In this document: in pieces, positions 36,650 to 47,556 of the stretch | Layout: each line of letters begins with the position of its first letter | How positions within the stretch are numbered: position 1 is the stretch's first letter | IMG/VR virus record: IMGVR_UViG_3300042311_000577 | Span: 58,795 to 122,794 of that record | Strand: one strand, 5' to 3' | Source: a virus | DNA length: 64,000 nucleotides | The notes under the pieces: generated by a model | Databases searched by the model: none | The model's input: the letters and a program-made list of their open reading frames with translations, nothing else | What the model was told of the DNA's origin: nothing | Made by a program: the position numbers and the translations under genes

Positions 36650-38269
36650 TTAGAATGATCCTCCTGTAACAGGGTTTCTCATAACAATCTTAAGGACTTT
36701 AGTTGGATCCTTAACCCAGATAGCTGGCATGGTTTGAGACATCATAACTCGGTACCCATTGAATTGTCCAGAAGACTGGAATCCTTGTGTACGTCCCATG
36801 TAGTCCATAGTACCATTTTGATACCACCATTTCAATTGATTATCCCAAGACAATTTCAACAAGAAGATGTTGTCATTTGTATTGTCAGTGATATCAAAGA
36901 TAATGAATGAGTAAGAAGATAATGGGAAACCATCAATGATTGGGTTCTCAATATCATTTGTATGGATGTTGTCAAATGCAGGGTTCAATACAAACTTAAC
37001 ATTTGCCAAGAAAGGAATTACATATGAAGTGTAAGCAAATCCAAAGTTCAAGTCCATACCTTTACCAGTGATTGCACCAATATCAGCAGCCTGAATCAAT
37101 AGACCAGAAGCAACAGCTTCTCTTTTGATAGCTTCATTTACCATTCTCATTCCACCCATACCAGTTTGAACTACTAGAGATCTTTTTGGATCTGGACCTT
37201 GGAATTCAACTTTACCATTGAAGAAGTTGTAGATCTCTCCACGGAATAAATCCAATGTAAAGTTATTTTTGTTGTATACTCTTTTGAATGAGTTATCCAA
37301 CTGTCTCCAAAGACCCACAGATAATCTAATATCATCTGGACCATCTTGACGTACTCTACCTCCTTGTCCCCACATTAAGTAAGTCTCAATGTCAGTTGCA
37401 ATTTTAGAAAGGTGAGCTGCTTCCATTTGAGTTAAGAAAGTTCTTGATAAATCACCATTATCAAATGCTCTTTTAACTTTGTCTTTACCCATTACCTTAA
37501 TCATATCTTCTAATGAAGCTACAGAAGGATCTTGAATAGACTTGTCAAATGTTCTCCAGATCTCAGTTACAGGAACTGTACCATCTGCATTCATTCCACC
37601 TTTAATCATCAAGTCAGCACGAGATGAGATAGAATAGTGAACATGAGCTTCAGCACCACCAACAAAGTTATAGAACTCACGGAATGAAGTTCTTGTTGTG
37701 ATGTCAGAAAATCTTTCACCATATTCTCCTCTAGCAGAACCTTTACGGAAAACTTTAGTACCATTAGTTAAGTACTTGTTATCCAAATATTTGAAGTTAT
37801 CATTGTTTACCAATTGAACTGTGTAAACATAACCATCACCTAATGGAAGAATATCTTCATCTGTGATGTACATCTCAACTCCGTTATATTTGTCATAAGT
37901 GATGATATCACCATGTCCAAATTCACGTCTGTTAAGTTTAATTCTAAATGTAGAACCATCAGTACCTTTGAATGCAATGTTTGGTTCAATGTCTTCAACA
38001 ATGTAAGGAAGATCAATAGAGACAGGAGTCTGCCATCTATACTCTCCACGAGCATTATCTACTTGAATTACATTTTTGCCACCAAAGCTTGACATTTGGT
38101 AAAGAGGCATTTCTACTTTTTGAGCCATAGCCCAAAGGTCTACTGGACCTAAATCCATAGGCTCAGCATCCTTCAGCATGTTCACCAAGTGGTAAGAATC
38201 CACATGAGAACTTGCTTGATAAGCGGTATCCCGGAGGAATATCCCATTGTTTAAAACTGGAGTTGCCAT
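36650..38269 (-). CDS. Major capsid protein, 539 aa
   Basis: Portal-scaffold-MCP order; codon usage shifted toward C-ending codons as in highly expressed genes; followed by a terminator. Confidence 0.8.
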   Translation of the reverse strand: MATPVLNNGIFLRDTAYQASSHVDSYHLVNMLKDAEPMDLGPVDLWAMAQKVEMPLYQMSSFGGKNVIQVDNARGEYRWQTPVSIDLPYIVEDIEPNIAFKGTDGSTFRIKLNRREFGHGDIITYDKYNGVEMYITDEDILPLGDGYVYTVQLVNNDNFKYLDNKYLTNGTKVFRKGSARGEYGERFSDITTRTSFREFYNFVGGAEAHVHYSISSRADLMIKGGMNADGTVPVTEIWRTFDKSIQDPSVASLEDMIKVMGKDKVKRAFDNGDLSRTFLTQMEAAHLSKIATDIETYLMWGQGGRVRQDGPDDIRLSVGLWRQLDNSFKRVYNKNNFTLDLFRGEIYNFFNGKVEFQGPDPKRSLVVQTGMGGMRMVNEAIKREAVASGLLIQAADIGAITGKGMDLNFGFAYTSYVIPFLANVKFVLNPAFDNIHTNDIENPIIDGFPLSSYSFIIFDITDNTNDNIFLLKLSWDNQLKWWYQNGTMDYMGRTQGFQSSGQFNGYRVMMSQTMPAIWVKDPTKVLKIVMRNPVTGGSF

Positions 38270-38297
38270 TTTTTATTTGTTTTTAAATTGTTACTAA

Positions 38298-39557
38298 TTA
38301 AAACCGTTTAAACATATTGTTTTGACGGCTGATTGTTCTTGTTGCTTTAGAATAAGGCTTTGGCCTTTCTTCTTGTTCAACACCATTTGAAGAAGTATTT
38401 TTTCTACTTTCTTCAGTTTTTAATTGCCTTACTGTTTTTTCTACAGCTTGTCTACTACCTTGATCTTTGATTTTAGATCTGTATCCATCTGGATCAGAAA
38501 GTAACCAAAGAGCTTCAGCAATAAGATCATGTCTTGGCTCTACAAACTGATACTTCTCTAACAAGTGTCCAAGTAAGTTTGTAGGTCTACCTGAAATAGA
38601 AGGATAATTAGGTTGCACTAATCCAGAGTATAATGCACTTTGAACTTTTCTATCTAGTCTAACACCACCTAATTCACCAACTGAAAGTGTATTATAAACA
38701 TTATCTTGATAAGCTCTAGCTTGTTCAGCTTGTTGTTGTTTTTTATACTCTTGTTCTGCAAGTTGTCTATTCACTATACTCTCTTGCATTTTATCTAACT
38801 TTGGTTTAAACTGTTGAGCCTTTTGTTGTAGTCTACCTAGTTGGTTCCAGTCTTCAATTTCTTCTTCAATTTCTTCTGGAGTTCCAAAGTTAGTTGCGTA
38901 TAAATACTGTCTTGCTATTTCAGCTTGATCATACTCATTAGAGGGATCTAATTCTCTCATCTCTTCTACCTGTGCAAGAGTTCTAAATAGACCTTTAAGG
39001 TCTTGCCCTCCATCAGCTACATATTTTGCAGCATATTGTAGTTCTTCAGGAAGTGATTGGAAAAATTCTCTTGGAGTATTCTCTCTAATTCTTGCTTCTC
39101 TATCTTGGAAGTTAGCTTCAAATAACTCTCTGAAATCTTTAGTAGTATATTCTTCTAAAGGTTTCTCATCATCAAAAGGCATTAGAGTTCCTTCCTCAAT
39201 CATTTTACTTGCAAGTTCAGCAAGACCAGATTTATCAACCTTTGGTCTTCCTTTATTACCAGCTTCTTCTTCTTGAGAGATAAGTTCATTAAGTTCATTA
39301 ATGGTCTCTTCTACTTCAATCTTCTTTTCTGCAGCTTCCTGTTTTTCTTCAGCAGTTGTTGCAGGATTATCAAAGAACGTCATATCTGTTTTCTCCGCAG
39401 TAAAAACAGATTTTTTTTCTGGTTCTTTTTGATCATCTGGTAACATGATGTTTTCAGCACCAGGTACACCAAAAAGAGAATCAATATCTACATCTACTTG
39501 TTCTACCGTTGTAGAATCTTGCACCTGATCATCAGGTTTGTTGTTGGTTGTTTCCAT
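38298..39557 (-). CDS. Acidic scaffold-like head assembly protein, 419 aa
   Basis: Very acidic and helical; lies between portal and MCP. Confidence 0.6.
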   Translation of the reverse strand: METTNNKPDDQVQDSTTVEQVDVDIDSLFGVPGAENIMLPDDQKEPEKKSVFTAEKTDMTFFDNPATTAEEKQEAAEKKIEVEETINELNELISQEEEAGNKGRPKVDKSGLAELASKMIEEGTLMPFDDEKPLEEYTTKDFRELFEANFQDREARIRENTPREFFQSLPEELQYAAKYVADGGQDLKGLFRTLAQVEEMRELDPSNEYDQAEIARQYLYATNFGTPEEIEEEIEDWNQLGRLQQKAQQFKPKLDKMQESIVNRQLAEQEYKKQQQAEQARAYQDNVYNTLSVGELGGVRLDRKVQSALYSGLVQPNYPSISGRPTNLLGHLLEKYQFVEPRHDLIAEALWLLSDPDGYRSKIKDQGSRQAVEKTVRQLKTEESRKNTSSNGVEQEERPKPYSKATRTISRQNNMFKRF

Positions 39558-39647
39558 GTTGTTGGTTTTATGTTATACTTTAATATACAAAATAAACTTG
39601 GAAAATTTAAAAGCTAAAAAAAAATTTTTTGCACTATATAGCTAAAC

Positions 39648-42398
39648 CTATTTTTTCTTTTTATCAGAAGATTTAGAATCATACTTATTTTTATTAACTC
39701 TTGCTATTTCTAACTGTTTATTTGCAATATCTTGTTGTGCTTGTAATTTTTGTTGTTCAATACTCATTTTTTGTGAATGCATTACCATATTGTCACTTTG
39801 CTTTTGTCTCTGGATATTAGTTTGATCTCTATACTGTTCAGTTTCTCTAATTTCTTTCATAGCATCTTTAAAGTCAGATTCTTGATTTTGATTAACATCA
39901 GCCATAGATCCATATCCAGCAGCTCTAATTTCAGCTACAGTAATATCTTTCTGAATCATCTTATCATCTCTAGCAGCAGCTGCATCAATTTCCATTTGTT
40001 TTTGTTTCTCTTGAGAAGCCAACTGTTCTTGTTGCATTTGCTGTTGCTGTTGCATTTCTTGTTGTTTCTGATCTTGTAATCTTTTCTCAGACATTTTAAG
40101 AACTGTATTAAGTTCAGAAATTGATTCTGATTGTACAATTTTACCAAGATCATAAACAGAGGCACCTGTAGTATTATTCTGCATAGCCATTTGTTTAAGT
40201 TGTTCAAGAACAGCTCTATGGTTTGCAGTTGTGCTACAGAATATATTTAAGTCTCTCATTAAAAGATCAGTGCCATCTACCTGGAATGTTACTTTTTCAT
40301 CAGCTTCAGTAATATATGTAAGTCTTGTTGATGGTTTAGTACTATGATAATACTGAGCTAAGTCTGTTCTCATTTGATGAACTCTTGGCATTAAGTAATC
40401 ACAGTGCTGCATGAAGTAAGTTTCTGTTTGTGCATATGAAGCTGCAGTAGCTTGTTCTACTCCGGTTGCAGTCATTTGAGCTATCTGCTGTCCCATTCTT
40501 TGGGGACTAACCCCTATTACTTCATAAGCTTGTTGCTTAAAGTGGTTAGCTAACTGTATCCTTGACATTAATCTCTCTGTCTGAGATAGATCTAGTTTTT
40601 GAAAATGTTGGAAGTTTAATGCATTCTCTGTATTTGTGATAGATGTATCTAGAGGAAGCATCTGGAAGTTCTTCATTGCTACATAAGCTTTAGCCAAATT
40701 ACCTTTACCCCAATCTTCTCCTAATGAGTGTCTTGGTAAAGTATTCTGGTCAAGCATGATGATAGTACCTAATTCATCTACTAAGATATCCGCTATTTGA
40801 TTATTAACTATGTTATAACCAATCTGGTATGGTTTCATTAAGTCAATAAGTGCAGTAGACTTAGTATTTCTATCTGAAAAAACAGATCCTTCTACTGGAA
40901 GTTTACAACCATATAAACTATTGTCACCTTTAAACTGAAATTTAACAGGTCCTATATTATGTCTATTCACTCCTATATAAATAGGTGTAAAACCACCCGG
41001 ATTATTCATACCCCAGAATGAAGGAATATTAGGTCCAATTTTAATTCCACCCCAGGTTTCATTAATCCAAATCCAATCTATATGTTCTCCATAAATTAGA
41101 TTATCTCTACTCTTGTTTTTAAAGAGTCTAGTATCATATATTGGTTTATCTGTAACTGCATAATCTTCACTAATAATTTCAGTTAACACTTCACCTGTTT
41201 CTGTTACTTTAGTTAGATGACCTACTTTTTTCTGTGACTTCCAATAAGCTTGAGTTACTCTAAGTAGATAAGCAGTACCCTGGTCATAATAGTCTTCTCC
41301 CTCAGACATTATTTGAGTAATAATATCAGAACCATCAAGAACATTACCCGCCATAAAAGATGTATACTGTCTATATGCAAGTGATGGCATATTAGTATTC
41401 CAGTCATGAGGTTTGGTACCATCATAGAAAGCACCATCATTTTGTAGACCTCCTATATTATAAACTGCAGATCTAATTGGATATATAGCTTCTAATGCGG
41501 CTAATTCATCTTCACTCATTAAATAACCAAATCTATCAATTACATCTGAAGGAGTAAACATTTCAGTTTTACCTACCCAGTTAGCTTGGGATACATATCT
41601 TATATCTGGTGACTTATGATAAAATGTAAGAACCGGATTCCAAAGTTCTACTTCATAATCATCTTCCATCATTCTAAAATGCCAGAACTCTCTATCAGTA
41701 ATAAGCATATCTCTAAATGCTCTTTCCTCAAGTTCATCCATTTTAAATCTTTCAACATCAACTTTATGTTGATGACTAGCCCATTGTTCAATTATTGATC
41801 TATAGTCTTTTTGAAAAAACTTTTCAATCTCAGGTAATGATTTAACTTTATCAGGAGCAATTTGTTCTTGTGCTTCTGGTGAATTTGGATCTAAACCTTG
41901 TTGAATTAATGCGGATATAATTTTTGTTTGTGCATCTGACATTAATGTTTCTTCAATCATTGCTCTTTTTTGTTCAAGCATTTCATTATAAGAAATATCA
42001 TCAACAGCTCTATAACTTAATTTAGTTGATCTTTTAGCAAATTCAGCTACTAGAACATTAATAACATTTGGAATGATTGGATAAAACTTTAATTCTAAGG
42101 CAGAAGAATCTTCTTTAGTAAGAAGTTCAATTATATCTCTATACTCATTATCTTCTTCAACTATATAATCTGTTCTATCAATTATACCTTTAGCCAGTTT
42201 ATAATTTTTCATTAGTCTTCTAGCATTTCTACGGATTTGTTTTAATCCTTGCCATTCTAACCAATCAAGATTCCAAGCTGCCCATTGATCATCCTTATCT
42301 TTTTTAGGTATGAACTGTAGAGGCTGTGTCACACTACCTAGACGGTTATGATCTACTTTGGCCCCTTTTTTTATTTGCATTGCATTATATACCTGCAT
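39648..42398 (-). CDS. Portal protein, 916 aa
   Basis: FYPIIPNVINVLVAE and LIDLMKPYQIGYNIV motifs with a Gln-rich coiled C-terminus; directly after terL. Confidence 0.85.
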   Translation of the reverse strand: MQVYNAMQIKKGAKVDHNRLGSVTQPLQFIPKKDKDDQWAAWNLDWLEWQGLKQIRRNARRLMKNYKLAKGIIDRTDYIVEEDNEYRDIIELLTKEDSSALELKFYPIIPNVINVLVAEFAKRSTKLSYRAVDDISYNEMLEQKRAMIEETLMSDAQTKIISALIQQGLDPNSPEAQEQIAPDKVKSLPEIEKFFQKDYRSIIEQWASHQHKVDVERFKMDELEERAFRDMLITDREFWHFRMMEDDYEVELWNPVLTFYHKSPDIRYVSQANWVGKTEMFTPSDVIDRFGYLMSEDELAALEAIYPIRSAVYNIGGLQNDGAFYDGTKPHDWNTNMPSLAYRQYTSFMAGNVLDGSDIITQIMSEGEDYYDQGTAYLLRVTQAYWKSQKKVGHLTKVTETGEVLTEIISEDYAVTDKPIYDTRLFKNKSRDNLIYGEHIDWIWINETWGGIKIGPNIPSFWGMNNPGGFTPIYIGVNRHNIGPVKFQFKGDNSLYGCKLPVEGSVFSDRNTKSTALIDLMKPYQIGYNIVNNQIADILVDELGTIIMLDQNTLPRHSLGEDWGKGNLAKAYVAMKNFQMLPLDTSITNTENALNFQHFQKLDLSQTERLMSRIQLANHFKQQAYEVIGVSPQRMGQQIAQMTATGVEQATAASYAQTETYFMQHCDYLMPRVHQMRTDLAQYYHSTKPSTRLTYITEADEKVTFQVDGTDLLMRDLNIFCSTTANHRAVLEQLKQMAMQNNTTGASVYDLGKIVQSESISELNTVLKMSEKRLQDQKQQEMQQQQQMQQEQLASQEKQKQMEIDAAAARDDKMIQKDITVAEIRAAGYGSMADVNQNQESDFKDAMKEIRETEQYRDQTNIQRQKQSDNMVMHSQKMSIEQQKLQAQQDIANKQLEIARVNKNKYDSKSSDKKKK

Positions 42399-42403
42399 AA
42401 CTT

Positions 42404-44608
42404 TTATTTAATATTTTTGAAAGGTGATCTTTTAAAATTTTGATTATTAAAAGATGCACCCTTACCCATGTTACGGAAAAGACTCTTATTTAATTTAAAC
42501 AAATTTTCTGACTTTTGCAAGTTTTTAGCTACATCATCTAATATTGTTCTTTTATTATAACCTCTATTAGACTGTTGAATTTTCATAAAAGCTACAAGTG
42601 CAGCAAAAGAAACTAATCTATCCACATTGACTCCTGGTGAATATTCTCTCATTTCTTTGATCAACATTGGATCTGGAATTCTTTCTATACCATATGTTGT
42701 TCTTACAACTGTACCATCTGTTTTTAACTCTTGATCTAATTCTTCTTTAGTAAACTCTATAGCATAACTAAGAAGATGTGCTTTAAATAGTGTACCTGTA
42801 TTTTTCCAACCATATTCCTGAAATACATTAGCATTAGATCCAAGATCTTTTAAGAACATGATTTGACTTTTGGGTACTAAATATTTTTGTTTTCTTCTTT
42901 GGATCATATATTGGATAAACAAAGAAATATTATTTTCTACTAGTGTCCATGCATTATAAATTTCAATAAGGAACTCTAGTTGTTTATGTGTTTGATTTAT
43001 ATCATCATATCTACCACACCAAGCAGCTACTATTTTACCTTGCTCTACATAGGTTTCTGTTTCTGTTCCTGTAACTTTAGTAACTTCAGTAGGTGCTTTC
43101 ATTATGTAGATAGAACATAGAGATTCTGAAGTTGTAGTTTTACCTTCACCTACCGGGTCAATAGAAGCATAATAATATCCAAATTCTGGATTATCTATTG
43201 GTCTTTCCCAAACAACAATACAACCGGTTTTATCTTCGGTTTTTTTGTTTATTGGAAATTCCATTATTGGTCTTTTATTACTTTTAATAAAACTTGGTTT
43301 TCCTTCAGCATCAGTGGATATATCTAAATATTCATAACCATACTCCTTATCTTCTATTCTTCTTTCTTGAGCAGTAAGAAGATGTGGAGGAAATACAGAT
43401 ACTGTTCTATGTGCAAATGCTTCTTTAATATTTCTTGGATGCTGTGATATTCTGAGCTGATACTCTTCTGGAGCTAACTCTTCTTTCCACTGTTTAAATT
43501 GTTTTTCTAATGCTTCTAATGCATCTTCTACAAGTGAATTACCATAATCATCTATATAGGGCGGCATAGACCATTGTTCAGGAATAAATAAACCTGATAA
43601 ACCTGTAGTACCTTTATCATCTATAAGATCAGTTTCCACTGCATAGATATCTTTAGCTGTAGGATTCATAATCATATCCTTAAGAGGAAGGCATTGTGAT
43701 AAATCACCTACAGATCCTGCAGCTATAAACATACCTGTTGTGATCATACCAGATCTCATGGCCGGGCGCATGTACTCATATGTCTGATCCATCTTAGGAG
43801 CAATTCCTGCCTCCTCATGAAAGAAGTATTTAACCGGACCCCCTACACCATTTGTTGGATCTTTCTCAAATGACATACCTTGTATTGTACCTTTGAGACC
43901 AACTTCTGTATTTCTATCTCCTCTTCTTACTTGGATCTTTTGTTGCCACATCATTACTTTGTCTGGTGACATAGGTCTATACCATGCTGTATGCTCATTT
44001 AAGAATGCAGCATATTCTTGTAAGAATTTCCAGGATCCTTTCTCATTAATATAATCTTTAAGACTAGCTCCCATCTTAAGAGTAACCCCGGCCTCAAACC
44101 ATTGCTGGTTTATAAACTTACCCATGTGATAGTAAGAAGAAGCTATCTGTCTTTTCTTTAGAATAGCTGCATGTTTATAATTTAGTTCAGACAGTAACTC
44201 ATAAAGAGCTAAGTGATACTGAGCATCTCTGATTTTAGCAAAACCAAATTTTTGTTCTTCCTTATCAAAGATAGGTAGGAAGTTTAACCACATATAGTAT
44301 TCTCTTGCAAGAAACCATGTATCATCACCATCTTTAACTATGATACCTTTGCGGCATTTAATCTTTTGCTCATCCCAATAATTTATAAAGTCTTTGGATT
44401 TAAAGGGAGCTGTACAATATACTCCATCTTTTTTAAATTTTTCTGACTCTGAAATAAATATTTTATTGGTTGTTTCATTAAAATTATATTTTCCAGGTTC
44501 TTTAAATAAATCTCTGATGAATACACTGAAGTCATCTCTGGATTTAAAACTTGTGGTTGTCCAGTTTCCGTTGTCATAGGTTGGTATGTCTTGATAAATT
44601 TCACTCAT
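42404..44608 (-). CDS. terL: Terminase large subunit, 734 aa
   Basis: Walker A-like LKKRQIASSY, Walker B FFHEEAG, nuclease ASIDP and C-terminal NVDRL. Confidence 0.9.
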   Translation of the reverse strand: MSEIYQDIPTYDNGNWTTTSFKSRDDFSVFIRDLFKEPGKYNFNETTNKIFISESEKFKKDGVYCTAPFKSKDFINYWDEQKIKCRKGIIVKDGDDTWFLAREYYMWLNFLPIFDKEEQKFGFAKIRDAQYHLALYELLSELNYKHAAILKKRQIASSYYHMGKFINQQWFEAGVTLKMGASLKDYINEKGSWKFLQEYAAFLNEHTAWYRPMSPDKVMMWQQKIQVRRGDRNTEVGLKGTIQGMSFEKDPTNGVGGPVKYFFHEEAGIAPKMDQTYEYMRPAMRSGMITTGMFIAAGSVGDLSQCLPLKDMIMNPTAKDIYAVETDLIDDKGTTGLSGLFIPEQWSMPPYIDDYGNSLVEDALEALEKQFKQWKEELAPEEYQLRISQHPRNIKEAFAHRTVSVFPPHLLTAQERRIEDKEYGYEYLDISTDAEGKPSFIKSNKRPIMEFPINKKTEDKTGCIVVWERPIDNPEFGYYYASIDPVGEGKTTTSESLCSIYIMKAPTEVTKVTGTETETYVEQGKIVAAWCGRYDDINQTHKQLEFLIEIYNAWTLVENNISLFIQYMIQRRKQKYLVPKSQIMFLKDLGSNANVFQEYGWKNTGTLFKAHLLSYAIEFTKEELDQELKTDGTVVRTTYGIERIPDPMLIKEMREYSPGVNVDRLVSFAALVAFMKIQQSNRGYNKRTILDDVAKNLQKSENLFKLNKSLFRNMGKGASFNNQNFKRSPFKNIK

Positions 44609-45123
44609 TACATGTCATATGCTAATCCTTGGCCACCTCTTACTCTACTTGATTGTTCTTCTTGAAGATCCTTATAAGCACCTTTAAATGATTGTCTTAT
44701 TGCCTCATAGTTTTTAGCTGCAGCAATAAGTGAATTAAAGTTACCATCCCTACCATGGGTAATTGGTGTATGCTCCATGTATCTTCCTAATCTATCTAAC
44801 ATGGAAGCAATACCTTTATATGCTCTTGATGTAGGAGTTTCATACATTCTTTGACAAAACTGTAAGGCTATAAAAATTGTTTCATCCTCGGTAGAAAAAT
44901 CTGCATCAATCTGTTCTAGTATTATATGTTCTTTGTCTACATCCGGTGTAAAGAAAAAAGGATTAAGGTCCGGATTAGGACATGCCATGTAAAATAAATA
45001 AAGATAAATCTTTAAATAATCTTCTGGATATTCATCCATAACATCTTTCAAAGCTTTTAATGTATAACAATGTTCAGTAGGTATTACTACTCCATTCTGA
45101 ACATCAAATAGTTTTGTAAACAT
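44608..45123 (-). CDS. Conserved protein upstream of terL (terminase small subunit candidate), 171 aa
   Basis: TAATG-coupled to terL; helical; ends ...SRVRGGQ. Confidence 0.5.
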   Translation of the reverse strand: MFTKLFDVQNGVVIPTEHCYTLKALKDVMDEYPEDYLKIYLYLFYMACPNPDLNPFFFTPDVDKEHIILEQIDADFSTEDETIFIALQFCQRMYETPTSRAYKGIASMLDRLGRYMEHTPITHGRDGNFNSLIAAAKNYEAIRQSFKGAYKDLQEEQSSRVRGGQGLAYDM

Positions 45124-45953
45124 TATTTCTTTTTAATTTTAGATTTGTTATCATAAAGATAATGAATTATTGCTTGTACTTCATCTATTAAATATGGTAT
45201 TGCAATTGGTATGACTTCTTTTACAACAGGTTCCCCATTTTCATCTAACTTGGTTATTGGATAGCCCCAGTTATCTTCTCTTTCTACTTCAAAGATTATA
45301 TGATGAATAAATATTTTTCCCGGTTTTAGTTTAGGATTATGCTTCAATATAATATACATATAAACACTCAATTGTAAAGCATAATGATAAAAATTACAAT
45401 CTTCAAGATTATCTACTGGTGGTAACATCATTTCTGATTTACCTTCCCAATCTACATATGATTCTGTATCAATTTTTTTATTAGTCTTGTAGTCAATGAT
45501 ATTTACTTTACCATTGACTACTTCAACTAAATCTGATTGTCCACAGATACCTGTTGATCTGAGATAAACCATATGTTCTGGATACACGCCTGGTTCTAGT
45601 TTTTGTGATGGTGCAATTTTGTCACCTTCTTTAAGTTCAGTTGGTTTAAATACAGGTACTGTAACACCTTCTCTTTCCATTGATGCTAAAGAACAGATAT
45701 CATCTTCTCTTTGGTTATGATACCATGTCCCTAGTGTAGTAGATCTGTCAGCTTCATTTGTCCAGATTTGTTGGATAATTACTGGATCAATACCATACCA
45801 TTTTGATCTTTTACTTTTACTAACTCTTTCAGCAACTTTCTTTGCATCAAAAGGTTTCTTAAAATGTGAAACAAGTGTGGTTACACTTATCCAATCAATA
45901 GCTTCTCCATCAATACTGGTATAACTATGATTATCTGCATTAAATTTTATCAT
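45123..45953 (-). CDS. PD-(D/E)xK (RecB/Cas4-like) exonuclease, 276 aa
   Basis: SVTT, GTWYH, GQSDLV, IIDYKT and YALQLSVY motifs. Confidence 0.85.
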   Translation of the reverse strand: MIKFNADNHSYTSIDGEAIDWISVTTLVSHFKKPFDAKKVAERVSKSKRSKWYGIDPVIIQQIWTNEADRSTTLGTWYHNQREDDICSLASMEREGVTVPVFKPTELKEGDKIAPSQKLEPGVYPEHMVYLRSTGICGQSDLVEVVNGKVNIIDYKTNKKIDTESYVDWEGKSEMMLPPVDNLEDCNFYHYALQLSVYMYIILKHNPKLKPGKIFIHHIIFEVEREDNWGYPITKLDENGEPVVKEVIPIAIPYLIDEVQAIIHYLYDNKSKIKKK

Positions 45954-46216
45954 TTCTTTAGTTGTTCTATAGCAAGTATTGCTATGTTAAAATTATCCAT
46001 ATCTTCTGATCTCAGCATTTTAATTAAACTATCTGTTGTATCAGAATCTATCTTACCTTTCTCCTGCATCCATTCTACAAACCCAACAGCATTTTCCATA
46101 GCCATTAAATGTGCTAGTTTATCTGCTATCATAGGACTAACTCTAATAGAATGACCTTGAGAAGCAATACCATCTGTCAGCAAAGATTCAAGCTCTGGTA
46201 AGTTATGCATTTTCAA
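45950..46216 (-). CDS. Hypothetical protein, 88 aa
   Basis: Packed ORF within the operon. Confidence 0.6.
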   Translation of the reverse strand: MKMHNLPELESLLTDGIASQGHSIRVSPMIADKLAHLMAMENAVGFVEWMQEKGKIDSDTTDSLIKMLRSEDMDNFNIAILAIEQLKK

Positions 46217-46541
46217 TAATTGTGTTAGCTAATAAAACAGATGCTTCATCTGCAGACATCATCATCTTTCTGATATTAGTTACTTCTTCTTGACTAAACT
46301 TACCTTCCATGCAAGCTATCTTAAGTCTTAGAAATTTATTCTCAAGCTCTAATCTTTCTAGTCTACCTAGAATTTCTGATAATGTACTTGTTGATGTAAC
46401 TGATGGAGTTGCATCTTGTATCTGACTCCATAAACCAGTTAATCTTGTATTATAGCTATTTGCAGGATTTGTAGCAATAACGTTATTAGGATCTTGAACA
46501 AATGTACCATCTGCATAATATTTATTTGGATCTATATTCAT
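46203..46541 (-). CDS. Hypothetical protein, 112 aa
   Basis: Packed ORF; its C-terminus resembles that of the adjacent 88-aa protein. Confidence 0.6.
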   Translation of the reverse strand: MNIDPNKYYADGTFVQDPNNVIATNPANSYNTRLTGLWSQIQDATPSVTSTSTLSEILGRLERLELENKFLRLKIACMEGKFSQEEVTNIRKMMMSADEASVLLANTIIENA

Positions 46542-46545
46542 AGTA

Positions 46546-46845
46546 TTAATCTTTAAGGTTATCTAATGCATCTTCTTCCTCTTCTGTAGCAATTGCATTC
46601 CATTTATCTAGTGGACATGATGATGATAGTGATCTGGTTTTAAAATTAAGTGAGCATCCGCATTCATTGCAACAAGGAGCAGTACCTTTTACAGCACATT
46701 TTCTACCTTTACTTGGACATTCTTCACAGATAGAATATCTCAATCTTGCTATTTCTTCTACAGTTTCATCCCGAATAACAGAATTTGTTATACCCTCAAT
46801 TATCTGATTCCGGTTCTGCCAAATTAGTTTTAATGTATTTTTCAT
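46546..46845 (-). CDS. Cys-rich zinc-finger-like protein, 99 aa
   Basis: RYSICEECP...CCNECGC...KTR...CPLDKW. Confidence 0.7.
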   Translation of the reverse strand: MKNTLKLIWQNRNQIIEGITNSVIRDETVEEIARLRYSICEECPSKGRKCAVKGTAPCCNECGCSLNFKTRSLSSSCPLDKWNAIATEEEEDALDNLKD

Positions 46846-47200
46846 CTTTTTTCTTTTTAAAAATTTCTTTTTCTAAAGCATCTTCATCTATTTTTTGACT
46901 TAGCTTTTCAAGAGCTTCAACTTTATCTTCAAGCATTTTCTTATTATAATAAGCTTTGAATGTTGATGTGTCATGTGACACTAATCCTTTTTTATACCGA
47001 TCAATAGATTTTTTAACCATGCTTGGTCTTGCTTCAAATAAACCTAATCCTTCAACATTTATCCGAGGATGTTTTAAATTAGTTAGACTACTTCTTATCT
47101 CTTTATAAAAAGTTTGAATTAAATCTTCTACAAGTTCAACAGGAATGTTCATTTCCTCTGCTAATTCTCTATAGAGTAAGTTTGACTTTTTTGGTATCAT
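46796..47200 (-). CDS. HU/IHF-like DNA-binding protein, 134 aa
   Basis: ELAEEMNIP..LVEDLIQTF...INVEGLGLFE. Confidence 0.65.
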   Translation of the reverse strand: MIPKKSNLLYRELAEEMNIPVELVEDLIQTFYKEIRSSLTNLKHPRINVEGLGLFEARPSMVKKSIDRYKKGLVSHDTSTFKAYYNKKMLEDKVEALEKLSQKIDEDALEKEIFKKKKDEKYIKTNLAEPESDN

Positions 47201-47556
47201 TTACCAAGAAATTTATAATCTAACAAAATACTACCCTCTGTTTGAATTTTTAAAACTGGATTAATCATTATTATTTTTTTGTTTTTTGAATCTTTTAAAA
47301 CTAATCCATTCTTCTCACATTTATTTATACAGTTTCTTACTGTTTGTTCTGATTTAAAAATAGAATGTTCTTCTGAAGCTTCATAACAAAATCCAGTTAA
47401 TTCAATAGGTCCAAGTTCACTAAGCAAAGTCAAGCATTGTAAGTCAGACTCACTCATTACTATACGGTTAATATAGCAATGAGTTAATATCTGATATTTA
47501 ATAATGTCTTTTACAGACATTACTACTCTTTTTTGTACTTGATTTACTAAAGCCAT
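47197..47556 (-). CDS. Winged-helix-like DNA-binding protein, 119 aa
   Basis: SEQTVRNCINKCEKNGLV HTH-like segment followed by a wing (IMINP). Confidence 0.55.
   Translation of the reverse strand: MALVNQVQKRVVMSVKDIIKYQILTHCYINRIVMSESDLQCLTLLSELGPIELTGFCYEASEEHSIFKSEQTVRNCINKCEKNGLVLKDSKNKKIIMINPVLKIQTEGSILLDYKFLGK

Noticed and set aside
36650-44608. Introns or inteins in terL, portal or MCP
   Set aside because: The ORFs are continuous and of expected size, with no intein or homing-endonuclease motifs seen.
45123-45953. Cas4-like gene as evidence for a CRISPR-Cas system
   Set aside because: No repeat-spacer array or other cas genes are seen, and stand-alone PD-(D/E)xK nucleases are common in phages.
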